64,000 bases of DNA from an uncultured Methanoregulaceae archaeon (GCA_963737635.1 CAVTTL010000001.1:416001-480000); one strand, 5' to 3'. Positions 39,523 to 51,319 are shown, counted from the first letter of the stretch. Notes: generated by a model from the sequence alone, not told the origin. Program-made: numbers and translations.

Positions 39523-39933
39523 TTATTTTCCTCCTTTCCAGAGTCCTACTGCACCCTGTACCAGCTCAAGGGCGCTTTTGAGTCTTTCCTGCGGTGCCGG
39601 TTCGATAGTTACCGGGAACCCACTGTACTGGGGAGTACCAGTAGACTGGGTTCGCGGAGGAACTACCTGGTTTGCCCAGACTCCCTGCCTGATGTGAGCA
39701 AGGCCGGGCGGGCAATACTGGGTCGGCTCGATTGCCTTGACGACAACGCTACCGCACTCACTGGTAACAAGGACATTGGTATTCTTCCAGATGCCAAGCC
39801 GCTTCATGTCCTCTGGGTTTATCTCGCAGATCGAGCAGGCCTCGAAGTAGTCGGGGTTGGTCTTGCCCTTCTCCATCGCGGCGCCTTCCTCGATCGAGCG
39901 CTGGGTGATCATGTTCATGATAATTTTTGCCAT
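39523..39933 (-). CDS. fwdD: Formylmethanofuran dehydrogenase subunit D
   Basis: EINPEDM, WANQVV, STGTPQY. Confidence 0.92.
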   Translation of the reverse strand: MAKIIMNMITQRSIEEGAAMEKGKTNPDYFEACSICEINPEDMKRLGIWKNTNVLVTSECGSVVVKAIEPTQYCPPGLAHIRQGVWANQVVPPRTQSTGTPQYSGFPVTIEPAPQERLKSALELVQGAVGLWKGGK

Positions 39934-39949
39934 GGATATTCCTCGATAC

Positions 39950-40219
39950 TTACGGCAAGCTCGGTGCCAGCGCGCCGGTCTCTCCCCTTCCAGAAAGGGT
40001 GATCACTTTATACGGGCAGGCCCCGACGCAGACGCCGCACCCTGCGCAAAGTTCCATCTTCACGTCAAGGCTGATCGATTTTCCGTCCTTGACGTGGTAG
40101 ATCTTCTCCTTTGTCACGGGGTCAAGCGTAAAGAGCTCGAGAGCATTGACCGGGCAGGCAACCACGCAGTTCCCGCATCCGGTGCAGCGGTTCATGTTTA
40201 CATGTACTGAAAAAGCCAT
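39950..40219 (-). CDS. fwdG: 2x[4Fe-4S] subunit FwdG
   Basis: CTGCGNCVVACPVN and CAGCGVCVGACP; first gene of the fwd operon. Confidence 0.88.
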   Translation of the reverse strand: MAFSVHVNMNRCTGCGNCVVACPVNALELFTLDPVTKEKIYHVKDGKSISLDVKMELCAGCGVCVGACPYKVITLSGRGETGALAPSLP

Positions 40220-40662
40220 GCACATCACACACATTTAAGAAAGTTAATGAGATTTTTATTTGATGATCTGTAGTTTACTATAATTAATAAACCTTTGGAA
40301 AAGACTTTTCATATCTGTTAAATTTTTTGAAGTACACGACGTCTCAATAGAAGTATCCAGAACAAGAATGGGCTTAATCTGAAGCAGAGAGGAAGTTGGG
40401 ATATATCTGAATCATAGCAATTGGTTGAGCCGATGTGTATTCTTCGACCGGCCGCTTTTCCCGCTAGCTATCGAATAAAAAGAGCAATGCCCAAAACCGC
40501 TATTGCGGGTTACACGATTGCGCCGGGACTTCTACTGCCTGCCCCATTCTTCCGGGGCGACCTTCCCGTGCTTCGCGTCCCGGAACCTCTCCTCCGGCAC
40601 TAATCATATGTAAGAATACGTAACAACGAAGATGTTCCTGTTCGAAAATATGCTTGTTCCCT

Positions 40663-41664
40663 TCAGAACCAGCTTTCCAGGGTTTTCTGCCCGGATTTTA
40701 CGGTGTACCGTTCGAGCGCCGCATCGACCCGCTCTCGGGCAAAATCGTACTCGTCACAGAGCATTCGTTTTATCCCTTCAGCATCAGGGTGGGCCCACGA
40801 AAGGGTATACTCTGTTGTAACCGGTGGCCGCAGGAAGAGATCCATCACCGGTACCGGATCGAAACCAGGGCATTTCTCCGCTATTTTTGCGGCAAACTCT
40901 CCTTTTTGCACAATCTTCAGGCCCGTCTTTGCCCCTACACCTTCAATGCCCGTATTGAAGTCGGTTCCGATAAGGATTCCCACTTGGATCAGCTCCTCCC
41001 GGGTCAGTTTCAATCCGGCAAGAACCTCGGCGAGTACCATCTTTTCAGGAGAGACTGAAATGACCCGGCCATGGATCTTGCGTTTCCCGCTTACCGTGAG
41101 GTTCCGCATAAGCAGAGGTGCGCCAAAAAGCAGGGTGTCATAATCCTGTGAGACCGCATACCGGGCATCGCCCCTTTGTACCATAAAGGCCGCCTGTGCC
41201 TCTCCTTCCCCGGCTGCCTGAACATATGGAATTCCCATCAGATCGAGAAGTTCTTTGGATGTCTTGACGATCGTTTCATCCACCCGTGTCGATGACCGGG
41301 CCTGCCGGTACGCCTCCTCCTCGTCTCCCCGCTCGACTGCATCCTTCCACTTCTCCCCGGCCTCATCCCTGCTTCTGCGGCGCACTGCAATCGTCGCCTC
41401 TTTGAGATCCGGAGGTTTCCCATCAAAAACAAAGACCGGTTTTATTCCTTTTTCGAGAAAATTGACCATCCGGAACAGGATCCCTGAGAGATGTGATGTT
41501 ACCCGTCCGCGATGATCCATCAGAGGTGTCCCGTCAGGCTGCCGGATGATTGTTAGAAACTGATAAAGCGCATTGTTCGCATCGACTGCAGCCACCCCGG
41601 AAAGACCCTCCCATGTGACCGGCGTCTTGTAGTCAGCGATTATATCCCGGAGTGCGACACCCAT
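40663..41664 (-). CDS. fen: Flap endonuclease 1
   Basis: MGV, YQFL.IIRQPDGTPL, EGEAQAA, SQDYD, C-terminal PIP box QKTLESWF. Confidence 0.97.
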   Translation of the reverse strand: MGVALRDIIADYKTPVTWEGLSGVAAVDANNALYQFLTIIRQPDGTPLMDHRGRVTSHLSGILFRMVNFLEKGIKPVFVFDGKPPDLKEATIAVRRRSRDEAGEKWKDAVERGDEEEAYRQARSSTRVDETIVKTSKELLDLMGIPYVQAAGEGEAQAAFMVQRGDARYAVSQDYDTLLFGAPLLMRNLTVSGKRKIHGRVISVSPEKMVLAEVLAGLKLTREELIQVGILIGTDFNTGIEGVGAKTGLKIVQKGEFAAKIAEKCPGFDPVPVMDLFLRPPVTTEYTLSWAHPDAEGIKRMLCDEYDFARERVDAALERYTVKSGQKTLESWF

Positions 41665-41704
41665 GACCCGTTATCTCCTTATGTAGCGTTTGGTGCCCGG
41701 ATTC

Positions 41705-42019
41705 TTATTTATACACCCGTTTCGAAAATTCACCGACCAGCTCGTCAAGGTGTGTAGTCGTCTGGTCATACTTCTGGGTCATGCGGTTCGAGATCTCCTC
41801 AAGGTTGGAACGCAGCATTCTTTCCCGGGTGATTACATTCTTTTCGAGATTCCTGACCTTGATCTGGAGAGACAAAAAAAGCCCACCCAACGAAAGCATC
41901 ATAAGAGCGGCAGCAACAGCAATCGTTAAGTCCTGCCAGAACCGCAGGATCAGAAAGATGGTCGAGATGACCATGACTGCCGTGAGCAGGATGTCGGGGA
42001 GATACTCGGGAATATCCAT
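41705..42019 (-). CDS. Small membrane protein with coiled-coil tail
   Basis: Two hydrophobic helices followed by a heptad-rich region. Confidence 0.7.
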   Translation of the reverse strand: MDIPEYLPDILLTAVMVISTIFLILRFWQDLTIAVAAALMMLSLGGLFLSLQIKVRNLEKNVITRERMLRSNLEEISNRMTQKYDQTTTHLDELVGEFSKRVYK

Positions 42020-42076
42020 GCTTTTAGATGATGAGAGCGCACATCATTAAGTTAACTATACCACCGGAGACCCCTT

Positions 42077-42979
42077 ATGGATACAAGCATTGTAAAAAAG
42101 TACTTCCCGTTCCTTGTGATGCCCGCGTTCCTTGTCATCGTGGAACTGGGTTCGCTCGCACTCTCGCTCCCGGTACAATCCGCCGGCCTTTCGGCATTCC
42201 AGAACCCCCAGTCCCTTATCGACCCGCTCATCTTTATTGCGATGATCCTTGGGTTTACCGCTTTCCTCCTCGTGTTGATTAAGTTCGGCCTCAAGAACGT
42301 GATCGCATGGGTGATCGGGATCTCTATCTTTCTTACCTTTGTTTACACTTTTGCCGCTATCGTCCCGATAATTATAGGACCCGGCTATGCCCAGGCAGCG
42401 GCCATGGTTGCCCTCGCAATCATTGCAACCGTTCTTTTGTATAAATACCCGGAATGGTATGTCATTGATGCCCTCGGACTCCTCCTTGCGGCTGGTGTCG
42501 CCTCAATCTTCGGTGTTTCACTTGGCACCGTCCCGGTTATCCTGCTTCTTGTGATCCTTGCGGTTTACGACGCAATCTCGGTCTACAAGACGAAACATAT
42601 GATCACCCTTGCTGAAGGGGTCATCGATCTGAAAACCCCGATCCTCTTTGTCATACCCAAAAAACGCAGTTATTCATTTATCAAAGAGGGGATCGGAAAG
42701 ATAGGCGAAGGGGAGGAGCGTTCTGCATTTATCATCGGTATGGGCGACCTGATCATACCCTCGATGCTTGTTGTTTCTGCAAACATCTTTACCGGCGGGA
42801 TAAAATATTTCGGGTTTTTCAACCTGCCAGCTATCGGAGCTATGATTGGCTCCATCGCCGGCCTTGTCGTTCTGCTCCACTTTGTCATGTCAGGACGCCC
42901 ACAGGCAGGGCTGCCCCCGTTAAATGGGGGGACAATCCTCGGGTTTATCATCGGCTGGGCGCTCATCGGCTTTGCGTGA
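42077..42979 (+). CDS. Presenilin/SPP-family intramembrane aspartyl protease (PSH)
   Basis: Multi-TM; YDAISV, GMGD, QAGLPPLN motifs. Confidence 0.92.
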   Translation: MDTSIVKKYFPFLVMPAFLVIVELGSLALSLPVQSAGLSAFQNPQSLIDPLIFIAMILGFTAFLLVLIKFGLKNVIAWVIGISIFLTFVYTFAAIVPIIIGPGYAQAAAMVALAIIATVLLYKYPEWYVIDALGLLLAAGVASIFGVSLGTVPVILLLVILAVYDAISVYKTKHMITLAEGVIDLKTPILFVIPKKRSYSFIKEGIGKIGEGEERSAFIIGMGDLIIPSMLVVSANIFTGGIKYFGFFNLPAIGAMIGSIAGLVVLLHFVMSGRPQAGLPPLNGGTILGFIIGWALIGFA

Positions 42980-43912
42980 GGCTTCCCAATCCTTGCGGCG
43001 GGAGAGAAGGTTTTCCAGTACCGCATCGACCCCATCCCGGCTTTCGGTGGACATCGAGAGGTAACCTTCCTTAACTGTGATATCAGACTTATTAGCCACA
43101 ACGATCAGTGGTACGCGTACCATGCCCCTGACCTCATCGAGAAGGCGCAGCTGCACCTCCATGGGGTACCCGCAATGCTCAGAGGGATCGAGAATAAAGA
43201 GGATCACGCTCGCCACATTCATCATGGCAGAGAGTGCCTGCCGCTCGATCGGATTTCTCTCGTTTGCGGGACGGTCGAGGATCCCCGGGGTATCCACGAA
43301 TTGGACGCGGTTCCTGCCCTCCATGCGGATTCCGACGATCACCCCTTTTGTCGTGAACGGGTAGGACGCGATCTCAGGAGTTGCTGAAGATACGAGCCGG
43401 ATAAACGAGGACTTTCCCACATTGGGGTACCCTGCAATCACAACGGTGAACGCGTCTTCTATATGGGGCAGCTTCCGCAGGGTGTTCCTCACCTCATTTA
43501 AGAACCGCAGATCCTTGTCTATTTGGTGAACCATTGAGGCGAGCCGGGCGACCGCCCGTTTCCGGAGCACGAGGGTCTCCGAAGACTTCCGGGTCTGTAC
43601 GGCAATCTCGTGGCCCACCATCTTTGTGTGCTTTGCCGCCCAGCCGACCGCCCCGAGAGATTGTTTGATTTTATCCACACCGTAGAGAATTTCAGCCATC
43701 TCGCGGTAAAATTGCGGAATTTCCTCAAACTCGGGAAATCCCCTGATGACGTATACCAGCCGGTCATGAATAGCGGCACCAACTGCCCGCACAAACTCCT
43801 CGTTTGCCCGGTCCTTGTTGAGTTTCTCTTTCATCTTCTTTGCTGCCCTGCGGAAACTCCGGTCAAGGATCTCATCTGCAGTGGGCACAGTAGGCATTCG
43901 TTCGAATTCCAC
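42920..43912 (-). CDS. NOG1-family GTPase
   Basis: PTADEILD, GYPNVGKSS, YPFTT, DTPG, NKSD; GTG start at 43912 after GGAG; 60-bp convergent overlap with PSH. Confidence 0.92.
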   Translation of the reverse strand: MEFERMPTVPTADEILDRSFRRAAKKMKEKLNKDRANEEFVRAVGAAIHDRLVYVIRGFPEFEEIPQFYREMAEILYGVDKIKQSLGAVGWAAKHTKMVGHEIAVQTRKSSETLVLRKRAVARLASMVHQIDKDLRFLNEVRNTLRKLPHIEDAFTVVIAGYPNVGKSSFIRLVSSATPEIASYPFTTKGVIVGIRMEGRNRVQFVDTPGILDRPANERNPIERQALSAMMNVASVILFILDPSEHCGYPMEVQLRLLDEVRGMVRVPLIVVANKSDITVKEGYLSMSTESRDGVDAVLENLLSRRKDWEASRKADERPADDKPEDCPPI

Positions 43913-43958
43913 AAAACTCCAACCTATATATTCATAGAGCGTGATACGTCTTATCGTT

Positions 43959-44837
43959 ATGGAACTGTCCCTGATCCAGAAGGATATCCTTATCACGCTC
44001 ATCACCCTCTACCACCAGCAGTCCCATTCCATCAAGGGTGAGGAGATCGCGGATATGATCCAACGGAACCCGGGTACTGTTCGCAACCAGATGCAGTCCC
44101 TTAAGGCGGTTGGTCTCGTAGACGGTGTTCCCGGCCCCAAAGGTGGGTACATCCCCACCCAGCTGGCATACCAGGAACTCAACCTGAGTGTATCTGACGG
44201 GGACTACGATGTCCCGATCAGCCGTGACGGTGAACGAATCAAAGGGGCACATGTCCAAGAGATCGATTTTACCACGCTCTGCCACCCGGACGTCTGCCAT
44301 GCGGTCATCAAGCTTGTCGGCAGCGCAAAGATCTTCGAGATCGGCGACAAGATCACCATCGGCCCGACACCGGTGAACAAGCTCCTGATCCGTGGAGAGG
44401 TCTTCGGGAAAGATGAATCCAAGCAGTCACTTCTCATTGCCACGTCGGAGATGATCTCACTCCCCAAGCAGCCGATAAAAGCCTACATGAGCACCCCTCT
44501 CAAGGCTCTCTCGACTACTCAGACCGTCCGGGATGCTGTCACCCTTTTCAGCCGGCACCGTATTCACGGTGCACCGGTCCTCGACGGGGAACGCCTTGCA
44601 GGCATTGTTACCATGAGCGACATTGCAAAAGCCCTTGACCGTGGCCTGCCGCTCGAAACTCCCCTTACGTCAGTGATGACCCATGACGTAGTCCAAGCAC
44701 CATCAGATGTCAAGCTTTTCGATGTAATCCGGCGTTTCAAGGAACGCGAGATCGGGCGGCTGGTAGTGACCGAGAATGGGAAGCCGGTGGGAATCCTCAC
44801 CCAGTCTGATATTATCCGGGTCTTTCCTTCACTCTGA
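43959..44837 (+). CDS. HTH + CBS-pair transcriptional regulator (COG2524-like)
   Basis: RNPGTVRNQMQSLK..GVPGPKGGY; two CBS domains. Confidence 0.9.
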   Translation: MELSLIQKDILITLITLYHQQSHSIKGEEIADMIQRNPGTVRNQMQSLKAVGLVDGVPGPKGGYIPTQLAYQELNLSVSDGDYDVPISRDGERIKGAHVQEIDFTTLCHPDVCHAVIKLVGSAKIFEIGDKITIGPTPVNKLLIRGEVFGKDESKQSLLIATSEMISLPKQPIKAYMSTPLKALSTTQTVRDAVTLFSRHRIHGAPVLDGERLAGIVTMSDIAKALDRGLPLETPLTSVMTHDVVQAPSDVKLFDVIRRFKEREIGRLVVTENGKPVGILTQSDIIRVFPSL

Positions 44838-45002
44838 TCCTTTATACCCACTCCAGAAATTTTTCCCCTTACAAAGAGGTTACATCCATTTCCAACGGCC
44901 GGGTGCTAAAAAGAACCAAAAAGTCGGATTAAATTCTCAAAATAACCTGTTATCCCCGCCATTTCAGAACACTTTAAATATTAATACATCGTCATTTTTT
45001 TC

Positions 45003-45257
45003 ATGACTCGAACATTTGCCCGCAGCCTCTCGCGAAAAAAGATCATGAGCAACGATGGCAAGCTTATCGGAACGCTCAAGAACATCAGGGTTGATTTCGA
45101 TTCCGGGCAGGTTCTCGATCTGATGGTACACCCTGACCAGTCTTTTGTCACTGACGGTTACGCCCTGGAAGACGGCAACCTGCTGATCGTCCCCTTTGAG
45201 TCGGTAAAAGACATCAAGGACTACATTGTCGTTGACCGTTACCTTGCCCGAAGGTAA
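45003..45257 (+). CDS. PRC-barrel domain protein
   Basis: DGKLIGTLKNI..D, VPFESVKDIKDYIVV. Confidence 0.85.
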   Translation: MTRTFARSLSRKKIMSNDGKLIGTLKNIRVDFDSGQVLDLMVHPDQSFVTDGYALEDGNLLIVPFESVKDIKDYIVVDRYLARR

Positions 45258-45937
45258 GTCCTATATTTTTTTGTGGCTTGGACAAAGCCCTTTCCGTACG
45301 CTTCTTCCATAATATCCGATGCTGCTTTTTTTGTTGCCGGGTGGGCATTGGCAATCGTTACACCCCTGCCGGCCCATTCGAGCATCTGGACATCGTTGAT
45401 ACCGTCACCGATAGCAAAAAAGTCTTTCGGGGAAAGGCCCATATCACGTGCAAGGGCAAGAAGGGCAGTTCCCTTGCTGATGCCTTCGGCTTGAAGATGA
45501 ATGGCAAACCCGGTGTCGATCACCTGCACCGTCTGGCCAGCAAGTACCTGTGCCACCTCTTCTGCAGGCACGGTCCGGGCAAATGCAAGGTCTGTATACC
45601 GGTACGTGGGGTTGTAGAGGTCAAGCTCGATCCCTTTCTTCCGGTAATAAGCCTGCACGATCTCAAGGGCAGTACTGCTGACCCCCTGATCACCGTTGAT
45701 GTGGAGGGTACCGGTGTGCCCGATCCGGTACACACCGCCATTCTCTGCAATAAACGTCCCCCCGGTGCCAATCATTTTACAGAGAGCATCCATAAAACAG
45801 GAGGTATTTCCACTTGCTAGGACAACTTCGATTCCGTCATCCACAAGCGATCTGATACACTCTATCGCCCCGGTGTCTATCCTGCGGGATGGATCTGTGA
45901 TAGTCCCATCCACATCAGTGAGGAGTGCTTTTAACAC
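45239..45937 (-). CDS. HAD-family phosphoglycolate phosphatase
   Basis: DVDGTIT, ASGN, AENGG, SKG, GDGIND. Confidence 0.9.
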   Translation of the reverse strand: MLKALLTDVDGTITDPSRRIDTGAIECIRSLVDDGIEVVLASGNTSCFMDALCKMIGTGGTFIAENGGVYRIGHTGTLHINGDQGVSSTALEIVQAYYRKKGIELDLYNPTYRYTDLAFARTVPAEEVAQVLAGQTVQVIDTGFAIHLQAEGISKGTALLALARDMGLSPKDFFAIGDGINDVQMLEWAGRGVTIANAHPATKKAASDIMEEAYGKGFVQATKKYRTYLRAR

Positions 45938-46908
45938 GGCTTAAGTCCTGCCTCTTCAACCATGAATGGTGCTTCACCCTCAGGAAGGTTAGGGCTGTCC
46001 ACGAGACGGGCGATGCGTTTGCCCGCCTTGCTCTTGCGCAGATATATCCGGAAGGTCGCCGTGTGGCCAACGATATTTCCTCCGATGGGTTTTGTCGGAT
46101 CACCAAAGAACACGGCTGGGTTGGACATGACCTGGTTGGTCACGAGACCGACGGCATTGTGCTCATCGATGAGCTTGAAGAGCTCATGCATATGCCGGTT
46201 GAGTTTCTGCTGCCGTGCGGCAAGCGTGCCCCGGCCTGCGTACTCTGACCTGAAATGGGCGGTGAGCGAATCGATGATGAAGAGTTTTACCGGCTTGTCG
46301 CTGGATTTAAGTTCGTTTGCGAGATCCCGGGAATTCTCCACCAGAAGCATCTGGTGGTCTGATGTGTGCGCCCGGGCGATATGGATATTGTCCAGCACCT
46401 CTTGGGTGTCCGGGACGTTATCAATGCCCAGGCCCGCAACCATCTGCTCGACACGCTCCGGTCGGAACGTGTTCTCGGTATCGATATAGATAACGCTGCC
46501 GTTAAGGCCTCCCTGGTCCTCGGGAAGCTGGACATTGACCGCCATCTGGTGGACGATCTGGCTTTTACCGGAACCAAACTCACCGTACATTTCGGTGATC
46601 GCCTGCGTTTCCAGACCCCCGCCCAAGAGCGTATCGAGCTCCGGGACCCGGAACGAAAGCTTCCTGATGTCCTTTCTCTGCTCAAAGATGTCTTTTCCAG
46701 TCCTGAAACTGCCGATATCCGCTGATTCGCGGGCCGCCTTTATAATCTTTTTAGCCGTAGACTCTGATATCTCCGTGATCTCTGAGAGCTCTGCAGGTGA
46801 AGCAGTTGCAATGCTCTCAACGGAAAGGTATCCTGCTTCGCGAAGCTTGTCGGCAGTGCTTGGTCCGACACCGGGTAAATCTTCTATTTCTAACGCTTTG
46901 TCAGCCAT
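45931..46908 (-). CDS. radA: DNA repair and recombination protein RadA
   Basis: [36 protein letters not shown]. Confidence 0.98.
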   Translation of the reverse strand: MADKALEIEDLPGVGPSTADKLREAGYLSVESIATASPAELSEITEISESTAKKIIKAARESADIGSFRTGKDIFEQRKDIRKLSFRVPELDTLLGGGLETQAITEMYGEFGSGKSQIVHQMAVNVQLPEDQGGLNGSVIYIDTENTFRPERVEQMVAGLGIDNVPDTQEVLDNIHIARAHTSDHQMLLVENSRDLANELKSSDKPVKLFIIDSLTAHFRSEYAGRGTLAARQQKLNRHMHELFKLIDEHNAVGLVTNQVMSNPAVFFGDPTKPIGGNIVGHTATFRIYLRKSKAGKRIARLVDSPNLPEGEAPFMVEEAGLKPC

Positions 46909-46986
46909 TTCTAGTACATCTCCTATGGCACAACAACATTTTAACACCACCCATATAACCCGGGGCCGTGCGCAGGGTGAAAGTGA

Positions 46987-48297
46987 TTAAGGCGGCGCCG
47001 GGGTCTCCAGCCGGGAGGCGAGGGCAGAAAGGCGCCCTGCCACCTGTTCCGGGGTCTTCTCTGCCGGTTCTACGGTCTCCGGAATGAGGCGGCTCCCACA
47101 GAGCATGCCTGTAATCCGTACATCGCGCCCGGAAGGGATCTCACCTTCAATAAGATACCGCTCCGTGCCATCATCGATAAACATACCCCCGCTACCGGGG
47201 ATGATAGTCCCGGTAAAAGTAACGGTCCGGGGCGCCTCGTGCGGCATCCGTACGACGCTTCCTTTGCCCACCCCGAGCTCGAAGCCTCCGAACCGGCCAG
47301 GCTTTGCCGTCGCATGATAGATCTCGATCCGGTCGCCGGGCTGCACCGGCGCCAGCGCCTTCTCTCCCCAGAGAACAACATTGAGTGTATCGTCACCGTC
47401 ACCGATGCGAATATTCCGGACCCACGATGCTGTCCCATCCCGCGAAGTAAACGACCGGGGCTCCTGCGCAGTTTTCACCTCACTTCGCACGGAATAAGTA
47501 CCAGTGGCACTGACTGATGCGAGCGCAGCAAAAGGAACCGCGACGCTGGTATCGGAAAGACGTATCCTGCCCGTCTCATCAATGCTGTATGCCCGTCCTC
47601 CGGAACGACGATCAGGTTTTGCCCCCGCGATATGGATCACGCTTCCCGCCGGGATGTCCTTCAGCAGCTCCGGTGCCCAGATGACAAGGCGGGCCGTACC
47701 TTCTGCGTTGCCAATGACGCACTCCGTCATCTCGCCGGTCGTCCCGTCCCTTCGGGTGAATGTACGGGGTGCATCTGTACCGATCAGGATCGCATCGAGA
47801 TCGACCGGTTCCGTTGACAGAGCCGCCCCGCTCCCGCCGGCTGTCGCGGTGCAGGTGATTTCGCAGGTCGCTTTGCGTAAGGCTAGTGCATAGATCTCCC
47901 GGGTGCTCTTTCCCGGGTGCCTTCCAATAACTTCCAGCACGTCGCCTGCCGCGATCTCGAGGGCCGCACCTGCCTTCTCGTCCCAGAGCACGACACGAGT
48001 GGTCCCGGTCTCGTCACCCACAAGAAGCGTGGCAACCCACCCCTTCTCGCCATCTTTACGGTCGAACTCCTTTGGCTCAGTTTTGTCAATCACCTTTGCA
48101 AAAAAACAGAACAGGCTGGACTTCCCCGAAAGATCCCGGATTTTGACGTGCTGCCGCCCGAGTGCTCCAACTACAAGCATCGCGGCAGTGGGTTCATCGA
48201 GGAGATCGCCGCACTCCTCGATTTTCTCTTCCACGCGCCGTTCGAACTCTTCCTGAGTGATGAGATCATCGATAAGTGCATAATGGAAGAGTACCAC
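46987..48297 (-). CDS. rpa: Replication protein A-like multi-OB-fold protein
   Basis: Repeated F.R.DG..G and GDETG..RVVLW OB motifs; upstream of radA. Confidence 0.85.
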   Translation of the reverse strand: MVLFHYALIDDLITQEEFERRVEEKIEECGDLLDEPTAAMLVVGALGRQHVKIRDLSGKSSLFCFFAKVIDKTEPKEFDRKDGEKGWVATLLVGDETGTTRVVLWDEKAGAALEIAAGDVLEVIGRHPGKSTREIYALALRKATCEITCTATAGGSGAALSTEPVDLDAILIGTDAPRTFTRRDGTTGEMTECVIGNAEGTARLVIWAPELLKDIPAGSVIHIAGAKPDRRSGGRAYSIDETGRIRLSDTSVAVPFAALASVSATGTYSVRSEVKTAQEPRSFTSRDGTASWVRNIRIGDGDDTLNVVLWGEKALAPVQPGDRIEIYHATAKPGRFGGFELGVGKGSVVRMPHEAPRTVTFTGTIIPGSGGMFIDDGTERYLIEGEIPSGRDVRITGMLCGSRLIPETVEPAEKTPEQVAGRLSALASRLETPAPP

Positions 48298-48312
48298 GGC
48301 CTTCCTCCCACC

Positions 48313-49606
48313 TCACCGCTGCCAGGGTGGGCGCAGCATAGTGCCGGTCAGATCGGCGAGGGTCTCACCACGCCGCATGAGCGCGGCTTCGTTCCCGTGG
48401 ACTAGCACTTCGGGGCAACGGGGCCGGCCGTTGTATTGGGAGGACATGGCGTACCCGTAGGCCCCGGCGTCCAGCACCGCTATCAGATCACCGGAAGCAA
48501 GATCCGGTAGTTTCCGGTCAGCGGCAAAGATGTCTCCGGTCTCGCATATAGGCCCGGTAACAGTATATTCTGTGGTTAAGGCGGCAGCTGCACGGTTAGC
48601 CACAACAACTTCGTGATAGGCATCATACATCGCAGGCCGGATAAGAAGGTTGAAGCCGGCGTCCACATTTGCAAACCTTTTGTGTGCTGACTTTGTCGAA
48701 TTGACCCGGGTGAGAAGTACGGTCGAATCCGCTACGAGGAATCGTCCCGGCTCGACCCAGAGTTCCGGAGTTATCCCGGCCGCCTTGATTCCGGCAAGGA
48801 AGACCGGCATGACCGCATTCGCGTAAGCCTCCGGGGTTGGTGCCGGATCGGTGTCATGGTGGTAAGGGACACCGAGACCACCGCCGAGGTCAAGGAACTC
48901 CAGGTTCACACCCATGCCGGAAAGTTCGCGGGCGATCCTCACCATCACTTCTGCGGCACGGGCAAATGGCTCAACGTCGAGGATCTGTGACCCGATGTGG
49001 CAGTGGATACCGACCGGTTTTATGTTTTTGCAGGAAAGGGCCTCCCGGTAAGCGGCCGGGATCTGATCGTGGGGGATCCCGAACTTGCTTGTGGCAAGAC
49101 CGGTTGCGATCTTCGGATGGGTCGGGACTTCGAGCGCAGGGTTGACCCGAAACGAGATCTCAGCGATTTTTTTGGCCTCCCGGGCCGCTGCATCGAGTTG
49201 GTGGAGCTCGTCAAGAGAGTCAACTGATACTTTCACTCCGTGTTGGACGGCAAGGGCCAGATCGCTTTTCGTTTTCGAACTGCCATTAAAGAGCAGTTTT
49301 TTTGCCGGGCATGCCCGCTTCAAGGGCAAGCATGAGTTCGCCACTGGAAAAGACATCGGCCCCGGCACCCAGCTGCGCAAGCGCCCTCATCACCGCCAGG
49401 TTGCCGTTTGCCTTTGCCGCAAAGAGCACTTGGACCTTCGGGTACCGGGTGGACAGAGACTGCAGGTAGTCCCTGAAATGTTCACAGATCCGATCCTCAC
49501 TTGTTACATAGAGCGGCGTCCCATAGGTTTCCGCAAGGGAAACGCAGTCCTGGCTGCCAATATTGAGATGCCCATTTCGTATCGTAAGATGCGGAGGGAG
49601 TTTCAC
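48313..49606 (-). CDS. lysA: Diaminopimelate decarboxylase, frameshift near 49300
   Basis: YGTPLYV, FAAKAN, SSGEL; SKFG, HIGSQ, EPGR, CETGD, GAYG. Confidence 0.94.
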
Positions 49607-50751
49607 AGGTCAAGCCTCCGCATGCGTTCGATGGCTTCTTTGATCCTTTCGACCGGTCGGGTGATTGCAAACCGGACATATCCCTCTCCAGCAGAGCCAA
49701 AGCCAATACCCGGCGTTACAACGATACCCGCCGTGTTCAGGAGTTTTGCCGCAAAAGACATGCAGTCTTTTACCGGCATCCAGACATAAAAAGTGGCTTT
49801 GGGGAGAGGTACATCAAAGCCCAGCTCACAGAGCCCGGAGACCAGCACATCCCGGCGTTCCTGATAGATTGCGCAGGCCTCTTTAACACAATCCTGCGGG
49901 CCAGAGAGAGCAGCGATTGCGGCGTGCTGAACCGCGTTGAAGACGCCGGAGTCGATATTGGTCTTGACCCGGCCAAGGCCGGCAAGGATCTCTGCGTTCC
50001 CGACTGCCATGCCAATCCGCCAGCCAGTCATATTATACGTCTTGGAAAGCGAGTGCATCTCGACACCCACCTCCATCGCTCCCTTTGCCTCCAGGAATGA
50101 AGGGGCGCGGTAGCCGTTAAACGCAACTTCCGAGTACGGGTTATCCGAGACCACAACAATGTTGTTGTCGGCGGCAAAATCCACCACCTCGCGGTAGAAC
50201 GAGAGCGGTGCCACAGCAGACTGTGGGATTATTGGGGTAATTGATGAACATGAGCTTTGCAGAGCGGACGACGTTTTTTGGTATATCGTCGAGGACCGGA
50301 AGGAAATGATTCTTCTGTAAAAGCGGCATCTCGTAGACTTTACCTTCAGCAAACAAGGTGCCGGTCGAGTACCCGGGTAACCAGGGCTCGGGGCGAGAAC
50401 GTAGTCGCCGGGGTTCACGAATGCTTCTCCGATGTGGGTGATCCCGTCCTTTGACCCCATTAGGGTGAGTGTCTCCTTTGACGCATCGAGCGTGACCCCG
50501 AACCTTTTGTGGTACCAACCGGCAACAGCTTCCCGATAGGCAGGCATCCCGGCATACGAAGGATAGTGGTGGTTATCCGGGTCTCGTGCGGCAGTACAGA
50601 GTGCGGCAACGATATGTGGAGGTGTGGGGAGATCCGGGTCTCCGACACCCAGATCGATGATATCAACACCTTTTTTTACCTGCTCAGCTTTCATCTCGTC
50701 AATCCGTGCAAAAAGATACGGCGGGAGATTGCTCATGCGTGTTGAGTACAT
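49603..50751 (-). CDS. dapL: LL-diaminopimelate aminotransferase (two compensating frameshifts between about 50225 and 50375)
   Basis: LPPYLFA, GVGDPD, NYPNNPT in the alternate frame, [14 protein letters not shown]; overlaps the lysA start. Confidence 0.88.
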   Translation of the reverse strand: MYSTRMSNLPPYLFARIDEMKAEQVKKGVDIIDLGVGDPDLPTPPHIVAALCTAARDPDNHHYPSYAGMPAYREAVAGWYHKRFGVTLDASKETLTLMGSKDGITHIGEAFVNPGDYVLAPSPGYPGTRPAPCLLKVKSTRCRFYRRIISFRSSTIYQKTSSALQSSCSSITPIIPQSAVAPLSFYREVVDFAADNNIVVVSDNPYSEVAFNGYRAPSFLEAKGAMEVGVEMHSLSKTYNMTGWRIGMAVGNAEILAGLGRVKTNIDSGVFNAVQHAAIAALSGPQDCVKEACAIYQERRDVLVSGLCELGFDVPLPKATFYVWMPVKDCMSFAAKLLNTAGIVVTPGIGFGSAGEGYVRFAITRPVERIKEAIERMRRLDL

Positions 50752-50899
50752 AGGTAGTACACGTTAGAGTCACCGGCTCTAGTAATTAACGATCAAAAGG
50801 AGAGTCCTCTGAATATAACGAAGGTAGTGGCGGGGGATCTTTAATATGGGAGCAAGCAAACCAGTGGCATGAAGGAGGCTTCCCCGAGGTGATGCAGAA

Positions 50900-51223
50900 T
50901 TGGTAACGGATATCGTAGTGATCCTGTGCACGGCAGCACCGGATGATGCAGCAGCGATAGCAGAGCAGCTGGTAAGCCGCAGGCTGGTAGCCTGCGTCAA
51001 TATCGTCCCGGTCCAGTCCACGTACCGGTGGAAAGGCAGAGTCTGCCATGAGCCGGAGCAGCTGATGATCGCAAAAACGACAAAGGCTCACGCTGACGCG
51101 GCGGTTGCTGCCCTTCGATCGTTGCATCCGTACGAGGTCCCGGAGATTATCGTCGTCCCGGTTACTTCCGGCCATGCACCGTATCTCGACTGGGTGCGGC
51201 GCGAAACTGGTAACACCGTCTGA
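50900..51223 (+). CDS. cutA: Divalent-cation tolerance protein CutA
   Basis: LVACVNI, YRWKG, HPYEVPEI, YLDW. Confidence 0.92.
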   Translation: MVTDIVVILCTAAPDDAAAIAEQLVSRRLVACVNIVPVQSTYRWKGRVCHEPEQLMIAKTTKAHADAAVAALRSLHPYEVPEIIVVPVTSGHAPYLDWVRRETGNTV

Positions 51224-51319
51224 TTCAGTGCTACCTGATGATCTGCGAGACAATACAGAATACACAGGATTATTGCTTCGCGATAAAATAGTGAATTGTA
51301 CAAATACCGGGAGCAGGAC

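Noticed and set aside
35576-40002. Long plus-strand ORFs opposite the fwd genes
   Set aside because: These are antisense shadows produced by the strong codon bias of highly expressed genes.
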